From: an uncultured Chloroflexia bacterium
Lineage (GTDB): Bacteria > Chloroflexota > Anaerolineae > Anaerolineales > Villigracilaceae
DNA: 64,000 bases
Assembly (NCBI GenBank): GCA_963828815.1
Contig: CAWHGD010000002.1
Coordinates: 158,125 to 222,124, forward strand
Direction: 5' to 3'
This document shows, piece after piece, positions 1 to 7,965 of the stretch. The translations under genes were made by a program, and so were the position numbers. The notes beneath the pieces are model-generated. The model did not search any database. It saw only the letters and a program-made list of their open reading frames with translations, and had not been told where the DNA came from. Numbering within the stretch: position 1 is the stretch's first letter; every line of letters starts with the position of its first letter.

Positions 1-1363
1 CCGCGCTGTCGTCACTATTATAATAGGCACCCTGTTTGCCATCCGGGAAAAATGTGGCGTTCACCAGGGCTGCCTGACCGCTCTGCAGGTTGATTTCATA
101 TAACCGAGTGCCATTGTTGACCAGCAGACGTTTGCCATCCGTGCTTACATCCTGCAGGTCGAACCCGTCTCCGAGCAGCCGGGTGAGCACCTGGTCTTCA
201 TAGGAATAGGCATATACCCCGTGTGCGGAAACAGCACCGTCATGGGAGATCATGGTCCCAAAGTACACGCAGCCCCCCTTGCAGCCTACCGCGGCGACCT
301 GGGGGAGAGGTTCGCTAGTGGCAGTGACCTGTGGTTTCGGTGTGCCGGTCAGGCTGCCTGGTCCAGCGGTACCGTTCTGGTTCGCCCCTGCCACTTTCTG
401 CCAGACGCTGTACAGCGCGCGCAATGCCAGGGTGTTCTTTACATCGTAACCCGCCTGGCTCAGGTGGAAACCTTCCCGGGCAGGATCGATGCCTCCATTG
501 GGAAGATACTGGGCGGAGCGCCAAAAATTGACCACCGGGACATCATAGTCGTTAGCGACCCTTACGATGGCTGGGTTGATCACATACTTGCCATTATATA
601 CTTCCGCTGAATCAGCCTTGGTGATCAAAATGGGGATCGTGCCGTGACCGATCACGTAGTCGAGGATATGGCGCAGGTAGGATTCGTAACGATCAATGGT
701 GTTCGGATCAAGCCACGTTTCCAGGGTGACGAATGCATAGGCGGGGTTATTCAACCTGTATTCGCAGGTCAGCGGGGTTTCACCGGGTTTGCAATAGTAA
801 GGGTCAGCCTGTAACGGGCTCAGGATGGATGCAGCGGTAAATCCCCCCCTGGAGGTGACACTCCAGTGAAGAAATGACGCTTTGAAAAAATCCAGGGCAT
901 CCCAAAGATAACCCTCAGCGCTGCCAGGCGCCAGGATGCCTCTGCCAAAGGGTCCCAGGAAGACATAAGGGATCGACTGGCAATCGCCAATCACGGAAAA
1001 GCTTTTCGGATTTCTCCCCTGCAGTTGACCATCACGGTAGATATCCAGGACATGGTCGCTAATTTCAGGAATGATCGGGGCCTCGCGCCAATCAATTTCA
1101 GCCATATCCGGAGTCGACGTGATTCCGGTCGGTTGAAGACCGGATCCGGGCGTCACATCCGGAGTCTGGGTCGTGTCGATGCGTGAGGCGGTTGGGGACC
1201 CGGAGCCGTTTTCAGGATTGGCGGAAGACACCGCTGTTCCAGTCAATGAGCCACCCTCGGTTGTTGATGTCCGGGGATCACCGGTCTGAGGGGCGCAGGC
1301 GGTCACCAAGATGAGTAACGGAATAGCCAGGAGTGTGAATTTCAGAGATGGAAATCGAATCAT
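1..1363 (-). CDS. Secreted lipoprotein of unknown function, partial (C-terminus lies beyond the window edge)
   Basis: Hand translation of the minus strand from ATG 1363..1361 stays open to base 1 (454 codons). It is absent from the ORF track because no stop lies inside the window. N-terminus MIRFPSLKFTLLAIPLLILVTAC is a signal peptide plus lipobox Cys, followed by a Ser/Thr/Pro/Gly linker. The C-terminal part (DGKRLLV, LYEINLQSG, FFPDGKQGAYY) resembles TolB/beta-propeller-type repeats. Confidence 0.6.
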   Translation of the reverse strand, partial: MIRFPSLKFTLLAIPLLILVTACAPQTGDPRTSTTEGGSLTGTAVSSANPENGSGSPTASRIDTTQTPDVTPGSGLQPTGITSTPDMAEIDWREAPIIPEISDHVLDIYRDGQLQGRNPKSFSVIGDCQSIPYVFLGPFGRGILAPGSAEGYLWDALDFFKASFLHWSVTSRGGFTAASILSPLQADPYYCKPGETPLTCEYRLNNPAYAFVTLETWLDPNTIDRYESYLRHILDYVIGHGTIPILITKADSAEVYNGKYVINPAIVRVANDYDVPVVNFWRSAQYLPNGGIDPAREGFHLSQAGYDVKNTLALRALYSVWQKVAGANQNGTAGPGSLTGTPKPQVTATSEPLPQVAAVGCKGGCVYFGTMISHDGAVSAHGVYAYSYEDQVLTRLLGDGFDLQDVSTDGKRLLVNNGTRLYEINLQSGQAALVNATFFPDGKQGAYYNSDDSA

Positions 1364-1532
1364 TGGGGGTTTTCGTTGCAGGGGGATGTTTTTCGCAATG
1401 GCTTTTCGAACCGTGAACCAATTCTAACCCATTTTCCAACCGGTCGTTGCCCGGCACCTGGAATCACCCGCTCCCCCTGTCCTGGATTGATCTGCCTGGC
1501 GATGGTTACTAGCTCTGAGCCTCCCGGTTTCT

Positions 1533-2168
1533 TTATTCTACCGGGCATTCCTGGTCTATTCTTTTGGCTCTTTCGAAAGATTCTTTGCCTTCTTTGAAGG
1601 AAAAGTATATCAATCCCAGCGCTCCGATGCTGTCGATGTAACCGAATCCGGTGGTTTGATAAATGGCGCTCGCCGCCAGCAGGACCAATGACATATATAT
1701 GCATACCAGCGTGCAGTTGGCATCCGCCAGGATCGGTGCCGAGTTAAGCGCATGACCAACCTTTCGCTTTGCAGCCACCAGCGCCCACATCATGGCTATC
1801 GAGATTAGCGAGATCACCAGACCCGGCAGGCTGGTTTCAGGCTTTTGACCGCTGATGAAATTATAAATGGCGGTGACTGCCAATCCGGCGCAGAGCAGGT
1901 AAAAACTCATCCCTGTGATCCTCAAGGCGGTACGTTCGAAGCGTGAGCGCGGTGTATCCGGGTTATGCCAGATGCGGTACACCATGGCGATAATGCCGAT
2001 GCCCGAGATTACTTCGATGAAAGAGTCAATTCCAAAACCGAAAAGGGTCAGGGCTTCATCGTGAATGCCGAAGAAAATGGATACCAATCCTTCCAGCAGG
2101 TTGTAAAAAACTGTAAAAAATCCCAGCCAGAGCGCAATTCGAAAATATCGTTCGTGGTTTATTTTCAT
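1533..2168 (-). CDS. Cation-efflux (CDF-like) membrane-domain protein
   Basis: 211-aa ORF with about 5-6 hydrophobic helices. HDEALTLFGFGIDSFIE and ADANCT motifs resemble the CDF/cation-efflux transmembrane domain. No cytoplasmic C-terminal domain is present. Confidence 0.5.
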   Translation of the reverse strand: MKINHERYFRIALWLGFFTVFYNLLEGLVSIFFGIHDEALTLFGFGIDSFIEVISGIGIIAMVYRIWHNPDTPRSRFERTALRITGMSFYLLCAGLAVTAIYNFISGQKPETSLPGLVISLISIAMMWALVAAKRKVGHALNSAPILADANCTLVCIYMSLVLLAASAIYQTTGFGYIDSIGALGLIYFSFKEGKESFERAKRIDQECPVE

Positions 2169-2185
2169 TGGAAATCCTTATTTAG

Positions 2186-3040
2186 ATGGAGACTCAACCT
2201 TCACAGGCGGGAAATTATAGCGCATTCAGGTACAATATTGGTATGTCCGAGATAGTCTCCAGCCATTCCAATTCTCTCGTCAAAAAGATCCGCTCTCTGC
2301 ACCAGAAGAAAGGCCGGCTGGAAACGGGATCCTTCCTGGTGGAAGGGATCCACCCCGTGGGAGAAGCCATCCAGGCTGGCTGGCAGCTGGAAGCGCTGGT
2401 CTATGCCCCCGATCTGCTCAGCAGCGATTTCGCCCGGCAGCTTGTTGCCGATCAATCGCAGCGAGGTTTAAGTTGTGTCGCATTCACCGGGGAATTATTC
2501 ACCTCCATTGCCGGCAAGGACAATCCGCAAGGCCTCCTGGCAATCGTCCGGCAGCAGCACCTTGCCCTGGATCAACTGGCAGTGGAACACTTCCGGGCCG
2601 GCATTGCAGCCGTTTCTCCCCAGGACCCCGGCAACGTTGGTACGATCCTGCGTACCCTCGATGCGGTTGGAGGAGAGGCATTATTTCTTCTGGATGGCGG
2701 TGTGGAGCTGTACCATCCGTCAACGGTGCGGGCAAGCATGGGGTCGTTATTCAACAAGCCGGTGATACAGGCTCTGTTCAATGATTTCGTTCAATGGAGC
2801 CGGATGCACGGTTTCCACTTGGTCGGCTCTTCGGCCCATGCCGGTACGGATTACCGGAATTTCCAGTGGGGGAGAAAACCAACCATCCTGCTGGTCGGGA
2901 ATGAGCAAAAAGGTCTCTCTGCGGAACACATGGCTGCGTGCCATGAAATCGTCACCTTGCCGATGAAAGGGCGGATCAGTTCGCTTAACCTTGCCGTTGC
3001 CGCGGGGATCCTGTTATACCGGATGATGGAAAATAAATAG
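2186..3040 (+). CDS. TrmH/SpoU-family RNA 2'-O-methyltransferase
   Basis: 284-aa ORF with SpoU motifs GNVGTILRT, LVGNEQKGLS and LPMKGRISSLNLAVAAGILLY. ATG at 2243 (MSEIVSS...) is a likely alternative start. Confidence 0.85.
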   Translation: METQPSQAGNYSAFRYNIGMSEIVSSHSNSLVKKIRSLHQKKGRLETGSFLVEGIHPVGEAIQAGWQLEALVYAPDLLSSDFARQLVADQSQRGLSCVAFTGELFTSIAGKDNPQGLLAIVRQQHLALDQLAVEHFRAGIAAVSPQDPGNVGTILRTLDAVGGEALFLLDGGVELYHPSTVRASMGSLFNKPVIQALFNDFVQWSRMHGFHLVGSSAHAGTDYRNFQWGRKPTILLVGNEQKGLSAEHMAACHEIVTLPMKGRISSLNLAVAAGILLYRMMENK

Positions 3041-3060
3041 GGACGCATCCGGTGCGTCCC
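3040..3060. terminator. Stem-loop between convergent genes (GGGACGCA-tccgg-TGCGTCCC)
   Basis: Perfect 8-bp inverted repeat immediately after the stop of 2186..3040 and downstream of 3129..3356 (-). No strong U-tract. Confidence 0.45.
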
Positions 3061-3128
3061 TATGGTAACCACGAGAGGGGTGTGGATTATTTCAACGAGT
3101 AAAGTTTTATCAATGGCTCCCTGACCTG

Positions 3129-3356
3129 CTAGATCTCGTCCTCGTCTTCCTCCCAGGAATCGTCCTCCTCCTCGGTATCCTCTTCTTCCCAGTTTTCCAG
3201 CTCCTCTTCCTCCCAATCAGCATCCTTCCCAACGGCTTCTTCGGTGGGAGTGAAGGTGGCGCAGCCGGTATCGGGGTCCAGTTCGACCGCCGCGGCGCCG
3301 CAATAGCCATCGTCTACGAAGACGCAGTCAGAGTAATGGCAGCGAATGCGGGGCAT
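3129..3356 (-). CDS. Small 4-Cys (DUF1540-like) protein with Trp-acidic C-terminal tail
   Basis: 75-aa ORF. The N-terminal half has four spaced Cys (RCHYSDCVFVDDGYCGAAAVELDPDTGC), matching the DUF1540 pattern as I remember it. The C-terminal 30 aa are almost entirely Asp/Glu with three Trp (DWEEEELENWEEEDTEEEDDSWEEDEDEI). Confidence 0.55.
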   Translation of the reverse strand: MPRIRCHYSDCVFVDDGYCGAAAVELDPDTGCATFTPTEEAVGKDADWEEEELENWEEEDTEEEDDSWEEDEDEI

Positions 3357-3366
3357 TGAATTCCTC

Positions 3367-3831
3367 CTAGTATGCAGTTTGATGAAATAACCTGATGATT
3401 GCCAGGATAAAAATCAGGGTAATAATGACCGCCGATGCCACGCAAAAAGGGCAGATGGCATGAATCACGTAGATCTCCAGCCAGGTCAGGTAAGCGCTGA
3501 ATGCCACCCCTGCCAGGCTGATCCCAAATATTGCCAGGGGTCCATTTTCCGCCATGAATTTCATCCGGGGTTCCAGCAGCAGGATACCGGCAATAACCAG
3601 GAATGCTGCAATCCCGAACAAGGAAACCGGGATCCCGCCGATCTCAGAATAAGCGCTGAAATTGACATCATGGCAACCCCCGTTTCCCAGGCACATGGCA
3701 TTAATGTTCGTCAATTTATAGACTAGCAGATAAGCGGAATCCAGCATGCCCAGGCAGGCAAGGACGAATGAAATCCAATACAGGGCAGGCTTGTTTTTCT
3801 TGGTCTGGGATGGCATTATTCGATGGGCCAT
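3367..3831 (-). CDS. VKOR-family (vitamin K epoxide reductase-like) membrane thiol oxidoreductase
   Basis: 154-aa polytopic ORF with a loop Cys pair (CLGNGGC) and an intramembrane CPFC motif. The alternative ATG at 3816 gives a TAATG overlap with the moeA stop. Confidence 0.6.
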   Translation of the reverse strand: MAHRIMPSQTKKNKPALYWISFVLACLGMLDSAYLLVYKLTNINAMCLGNGGCHDVNFSAYSEIGGIPVSLFGIAAFLVIAGILLLEPRMKFMAENGPLAIFGISLAGVAFSAYLTWLEIYVIHAICPFCVASAVIITLIFILAIIRLFHQTAY

Positions 3832-5066
3832 ATCTCTACATCCGAGTTAGCAGGGAGCGATTTTACACCAGAGGGCACAATCAGTAAAGCATTTGCCCGC
3901 ACGAGGGAAAAGATGTTTCCGGAACCCTGGTGACCGGTCAGGCGGGCGACCAGGTGTCCATCTACCAGGCTTACAATCGCGCGCAGGTAGGATTCGCGCC
4001 CGTCCGATTCGAGTGCTTCTGCCAGGCGTGCCATCTGCGCAGGTCGTGCCCGGGATTCGAGCCCGCTCATTTTATCCAGGGCGGGTTTCACAAAGACCTC
4101 GAAACCGACGAATGCGGACACGGGGTTTCCCGGCAGTCCGATGAAAGGGATGCCGTGAACCCTGCCAAAAGCCAAGGGCTTGCCGGGGCGCATATTAACC
4201 TTCCAGAAGTCGAGTACGCCGTCTTCTTCGATCACCGACCGTACAAAATCAAAGGCACCCACACTGACGCCGGCTGTGGAAACGATCAGATCCACTTTTG
4301 CTTTCACGGCTTTTTCCAGCCTCATGCGCACATCGGCTTCGTCATCCGCGGCGACACCCAGGTGGACCAAGTCAACACCCGCCGATTCAGCCTGGGCTGC
4401 CAGGGTGTAAGAATTGGATTCGTGGATCTTTCCGGGGACCAGCGAGGCATCCACAGGCAGGAGTTCATCACCGCTGGAGAGCAAGCCCAGGCGTGGCTTG
4501 CGGTAAACAGGCACTTCCGCACAGCCCAGCATCGCCAATAGACCGATGTGCTGGGCGCGCAGGCGTGTTCCTGCGGTCAAGACCACATCCCCGGAGTGCA
4601 GATCGTCACCCCTGCGACGGATATTCTCACCCAACCTGACAGGCTTGCGCGCCGTCACCGTCTGCGGTGCGGGAGTGCCAGGGATGCGCACCTGGAAATC
4701 GGTATCCTCCACCATGACCACCGCCCCCGATCCGGGTGGCAGCGCCGCGCCGGTCATGATGCGGGCAGCCTCTCCCGGGCGGAGGGGGATTTCATGGTGA
4801 TCTCCAGCCCGAATGTCAGCGATCACCTTCAGGGTCCGCGGGATGGCAATATCCGCCTCATGAAGCACAAAGCCATCCATCGAGGAATTATCAAAAAGGG
4901 GCAGGTCGGTCCCGGCGGTCACATCGCGAGCCAGGACGCGACCAGAGGCGCGATCAAGTTTTACAACCTGGGAGTCAAGCGGCTGGAAAACCGCCAGGAT
5001 ACGTTCACGTGCTTCGGATACGCTGAGCATGAATAATGTCGCCGTTCCTTCTGAAAGCGGCGACAT
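3816..5066 (-). CDS. moeA: Molybdopterin molybdenumtransferase MoeA
   Basis: 416-aa ORF with typical MoeA architecture and motifs (NSSMDGF, TGAALP, LLSSGDEL, STAGVSVGAFDF, MRPGKPL, GLPGNPVSA). An alternative start at Met13 (MLSVSEARERI) is possible. Confidence 0.85.
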   Translation of the reverse strand: MSPLSEGTATLFMLSVSEARERILAVFQPLDSQVVKLDRASGRVLARDVTAGTDLPLFDNSSMDGFVLHEADIAIPRTLKVIADIRAGDHHEIPLRPGEAARIMTGAALPPGSGAVVMVEDTDFQVRIPGTPAPQTVTARKPVRLGENIRRRGDDLHSGDVVLTAGTRLRAQHIGLLAMLGCAEVPVYRKPRLGLLSSGDELLPVDASLVPGKIHESNSYTLAAQAESAGVDLVHLGVAADDEADVRMRLEKAVKAKVDLIVSTAGVSVGAFDFVRSVIEEDGVLDFWKVNMRPGKPLAFGRVHGIPFIGLPGNPVSAFVGFEVFVKPALDKMSGLESRARPAQMARLAEALESDGRESYLRAIVSLVDGHLVARLTGHQGSGNIFSLVRANALLIVPSGVKSLPANSDVEIWPIE

Positions 5067-5139
5067 TATACCACTGCTCTTTATTGAAATCCGTCGGGAT
5101 TCTATGGTTTGCGGATATTGACCATCTCTTTATTTATAA

Positions 5140-5670
5140 TTATTCATGCATGGGTGGCAGGAATTGTGGCAGGCTTTCAGCCCAGCTGCGAATGGCATTC
5201 CAATCCCGGTGGTCGCCTTCTTTCCAAACCCCGAACAGAACGCTCAAGCGGAATTTCAACCTGTCGCTGGACGAAGGCACCTTGCTGATATCCAGCACTC
5301 CGGCAAATAAACCCTCGCTGACCGGCTTGACCAGGGCTCGCACCGGGGCAAGGAATTCAGCCACGAACGGGCTGTAGGTCTCACCATTTCTCATCGCCAG
5401 CGTCATGCATACCAGGAAAACCATGCAGGGTTTCTGGGCCAGGTCAGCCTGGTGGTCCTTAAGGAATTGCATGGCTTCCGGCAGCCACTGCTTGTTCTGG
5501 ATTGCGCTGCCCGCCACCACCGCCGTGTAGGGTGCCAGGTCATTTACATCCTGCATGCGCAGCACATCCACCCGGGCACCTTTTTCCGTAAGGGTCTTCC
5601 CGATGGCTTCAGCTACGCCGGCGGTGGACCCCGCCCGGCTTGCGTAAGTAACAAGGATCTTATTTTTCAT
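5140..5670 (-). CDS. Flavodoxin-fold protein (HemG/flavodoxin-domain-like)
   Basis: The 334-aa track ORF 5140..6144 is a read-through into the serC remnant. The credible start is ATG 5670 (MKNKILVTYASRAGSTAGVAEAIG..., a flavodoxin-type FMN loop), giving 176 aa. Confidence 0.65.
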   Translation of the reverse strand: MKNKILVTYASRAGSTAGVAEAIGKTLTEKGARVDVLRMQDVNDLAPYTAVVAGSAIQNKQWLPEAMQFLKDHQADLAQKPCMVFLVCMTLAMRNGETYSPFVAEFLAPVRALVKPVSEGLFAGVLDISKVPSSSDRLKFRLSVLFGVWKEGDHRDWNAIRSWAESLPQFLPPMHE

Positions 5671-5693
5671 TAAACCTGCCTTTTCATAAATTT

Positions 5694-6786
5694 TTATCCG
5701 TTCTTCTTCTGGAATTCCTTCATGAACCTGACCAGTTCTTCCGCTGATTCCAGGGTCAGAGCGTTGTACAGCGAGGCGCGCATCCCTCCCACCGAGCGGT
5801 GTCCCTTCAGACCGATCAAGCCTGCTTTCCTGGATTCGCTGGCAAATTGCTCTTCCAGTTTCTCGCTGGGCAGGCGGAAGGTGATGTTCATCACCGAACG
5901 GTCGGAAATGGCATGACCTTTGTAGAAATCCGCCGGATTCATCCATGGTCTTATAGACCAGTCCGGCTTTTGCCTGGTTGCGCCTGGCGATCGTCTCGAG
6001 TCCGCCGAGGTCCTTTGCCCACTTCAGCACCAGCCCGACGATATAGATGGACCAGCATGGAGGCGTATTGAGCAGCGAATTTTCTTCAGCTAATGCCTTG
6101 TAATCCAGCAGGTTGGGCAGGTTCGCCGGGACTCGCTCCAGCATGTCCTCGCGGATGATGACAGATCACCACGCCTGCCGGACCGGCATTCTTCTGTGCG
6201 CCGGCATAGAGCATGGCATACTTGGAAACGTCGATCGGACGGCTGATGAAATCGGAGGAAGCGTCGCAGACCAGCGGGACACCCGGCAGGGATTGAGGCT
6301 CGGTGAAGTATTCCACCCCGTGGATGGTCTCATTGGATGTGAAATGCAGGTAGGCAGCCTTCGGATCCAATTGAAGTTCCGACTGGGCAGGCAGGCGGTT
6401 GAAATTTATCAGCTTCCATGCTGGCTGCCGCTTTTGCGATGCCCAGTTTTTGGGATTCCTTGAAGGCCTTCTTGCTCCAGGTGCCGGTGACGATGTAATC
6501 CGCGGAAGCCCCCGCCGGGCGCAGGTTCATCGGGAGCATGGCAAATTGCAGGCTGGCGCCGCCCTGCAGGAACAGGATCTTGTAAGTTGGCCGGAATGCC
6601 CAGCAGGTCGCGCAGGTCCTTTTCAGCCTCAGCCAGGATGGCTTCGAATTCTTTGGAACGGTGGCTGATCTCCATCACCGACATGCCCGTGCCCTTGTAA
6701 TCGAGCATCTCCGCCTGCGCCTGCTGCAGGACTTCCAGCGGCAGAACGGCTGGGCCGGGATTAAAGTTGTGAATGCGCTTGGTCAT
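5694..6786 (-). pseudogene. serC: Phosphoserine aminotransferase SerC, interrupted by four +1 frameshifts
   Basis: SerC-like sequence is spread over five minus-strand frames:
- [16 protein letters not shown]...LLGIPAN (to about 6595).
- [21 protein letters not shown]...EADKF (to about 6400).
- [31 protein letters not shown]...GPAGVVI (to about 6160).
- IIREDMLERVPANLPNLLDY...TMDESGG (to about 5945).
- FYKGHAISDRSVMNITFRL...KEFQKKNG* (5694).
Frame (high coordinate mod 3) runs 0,2,1,0,2. The start ATG at 6786 is preceded by AGGAG. Confidence 0.8.
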
Positions 6787-6898
6787 GATCATCTCCTGAG
6801 TTGCAGACAATTCGAACAGAACACGCCTACAGATTATAGCCCACAGCCGTTATCCCGCCCACTAACAATAGACACCGTCCAGCCATGAGATAAATCAG

Positions 6899-6926
6899 TT
6901 GACAGCCAAGGAGGTCATGTTACAAT
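6899..6926 (+). promoter_or_regulatory. Sigma70-type promoter TTGACA-16 nt-TACAAT upstream of serA
   Basis: TTGACA at 6899..6904 and TACAAT at 6921..6926. The predicted transcript start is about 90 nt before ATG 7024. Confidence 0.5.
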
Positions 6927-6934
6927 GTTTTCGT

Positions 6935-6994
6935 GAACCTGAAGGTTCCATAGAACAGAGGGATACGGCCATCCGGCGCGTGTGTCTCTGTTTT
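6935..6994 (+). promoter_or_regulatory. Structured 5' leader with terminator-like hairpin (possible attenuator)
   Basis: Hairpin GAACC-tgaa-GGTTC lies at 6935..6948. A second helix AACAGAG (6954..6960) / CTCTGTT (6986..6992) encloses GGAT..ATCC and runs into TTTT (6991..6994). SD AAGGAG follows at 7011. Confidence 0.35.
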
Positions 6995-7023
6995 AATCCG
7001 GGATCCAGAGAAGGAGCAAGGAT

Positions 7024-7935
7024 ATGAAGATTCTCGTCTGCGACAAGACCGAAACCGAGGCTATTGAGAAAATGCGCGCGGCTGGCTTAGCAGTGGATAC
7101 GAACTTCGAGATCACCCCCGAAGAATTGCCAAAAGTCCTGCCTTCCTATGATGGCTGCGTGGTGCGCTCTCGCACCAAGATCCGCCAGCCGTTGATCGAT
7201 CTTTGTCCCAACCTGAAGGTGATTCTTCGCGGTGGTGTGGGTCTCGACACCATTGATGCAGAGTATGCCCGTTCCAAGGGGATCACCGTGATGAATACGC
7301 CCAAGGCATCTTCCGCCTCGGTGGCTGAGTTGACGATCGGTTTCATGCTCATGCTGGCTCGCAATCTTTACAACGCCAACTCCAGCATGAAGGCCGAAAA
7401 ATGGGAAAAGAAAGCCTTCGAAGGCAGCGAGATCGGCGGGAAGACCCTTGGCTTAATCGGCATAGGCAATATCGGCAGGGAGGTTGCGCGGCGCGCCATC
7501 GCCCTCGATATGACGGTCATCGCCACTGACCCGAACATCAGCGCGGTGGAGGGCGTCAGAATGGTTTCGCTCGAGGCACTGCTGGGCGAGGCTGATTACA
7601 TCAGCCTGCATCTTCCCAAAACCAGGGAATCTGCAGACATGATCGGAAAAAACCAGTTCGATAAGATGAAACCAGGCGTACGGATTATCAACTGTGCCCG
7701 CGGCGGAATCATCAACGAAGCCGCCCTCTATGAAGCACTGACAAATGGCAGGGTGGCTGGAGCAGCATTGGATGTATTCGGCGAGGAGCCACCTGCGGAT
7801 TGGAGCCTGGCGAAACTGGAAAATGTCATCTGCTCGCCGCATATCGGTGCGGCAACACTGGAGGCACAAAAGCGCGTGGGTGCTGAAGTGGCAGAGAAAA
7901 TGATCGAGTTTGCCAGCAAATTAATATCAAGTTGA
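7024..7935 (+). CDS. serA: D-3-phosphoglycerate dehydrogenase-like 2-hydroxyacid dehydrogenase (short form, no ACT domain)
   Basis: 303-aa ORF with NAD-binding GLIGIGNIGREVARRA and catalytic-region motifs (NCARGG, SPHIGA). It sits next to the serC remnant. Confidence 0.75.
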   Translation: MKILVCDKTETEAIEKMRAAGLAVDTNFEITPEELPKVLPSYDGCVVRSRTKIRQPLIDLCPNLKVILRGGVGLDTIDAEYARSKGITVMNTPKASSASVAELTIGFMLMLARNLYNANSSMKAEKWEKKAFEGSEIGGKTLGLIGIGNIGREVARRAIALDMTVIATDPNISAVEGVRMVSLEALLGEADYISLHLPKTRESADMIGKNQFDKMKPGVRIINCARGGIINEAALYEALTNGRVAGAALDVFGEEPPADWSLAKLENVICSPHIGAATLEAQKRVGAEVAEKMIEFASKLISS

Positions 7936-7965
7936 CCGTGGTGCATCCCTGCAAAGGTCGAGAAC

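Noticed and set aside
221-610. Several 65-129-aa ORFs on both strands in the first 600 bp (221..610, 252..449, 315..524, 331..531).
   Set aside because: They lie inside, and out of frame or antisense to, the long edge-truncated minus-strand lipoprotein ORF (1..1363). That ORF translates cleanly with a signal peptide. The short ORFs have Arg/Pro/Gly-rich composition typical of spurious frames in GC-rich DNA.
3129-3240. Repetitive tcctc/ttcctc runs that might suggest a short tandem or CRISPR-like repeat.
   Set aside because: This is simply the antisense of the Asp/Glu-rich tail codons. It has no regular repeat-spacer periodicity.
5067-5139. A possible Moco riboswitch upstream of moeA.
   Set aside because: Only 73 nt are available. 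I saw none of the conserved Moco-RNA helices or motifs, and the region is too short for that class.
5140-6144. A 334-aa track ORF that looks like a SerC-flavodoxin fusion protein.
   Set aside because: The N-terminal 158 aa are one frame-fragment of the disrupted serC that happens to read through the 23-nt spacer. The flavodoxin-like gene has its own start at 5670, and the SerC C-terminus continues in another frame (5694..5942).
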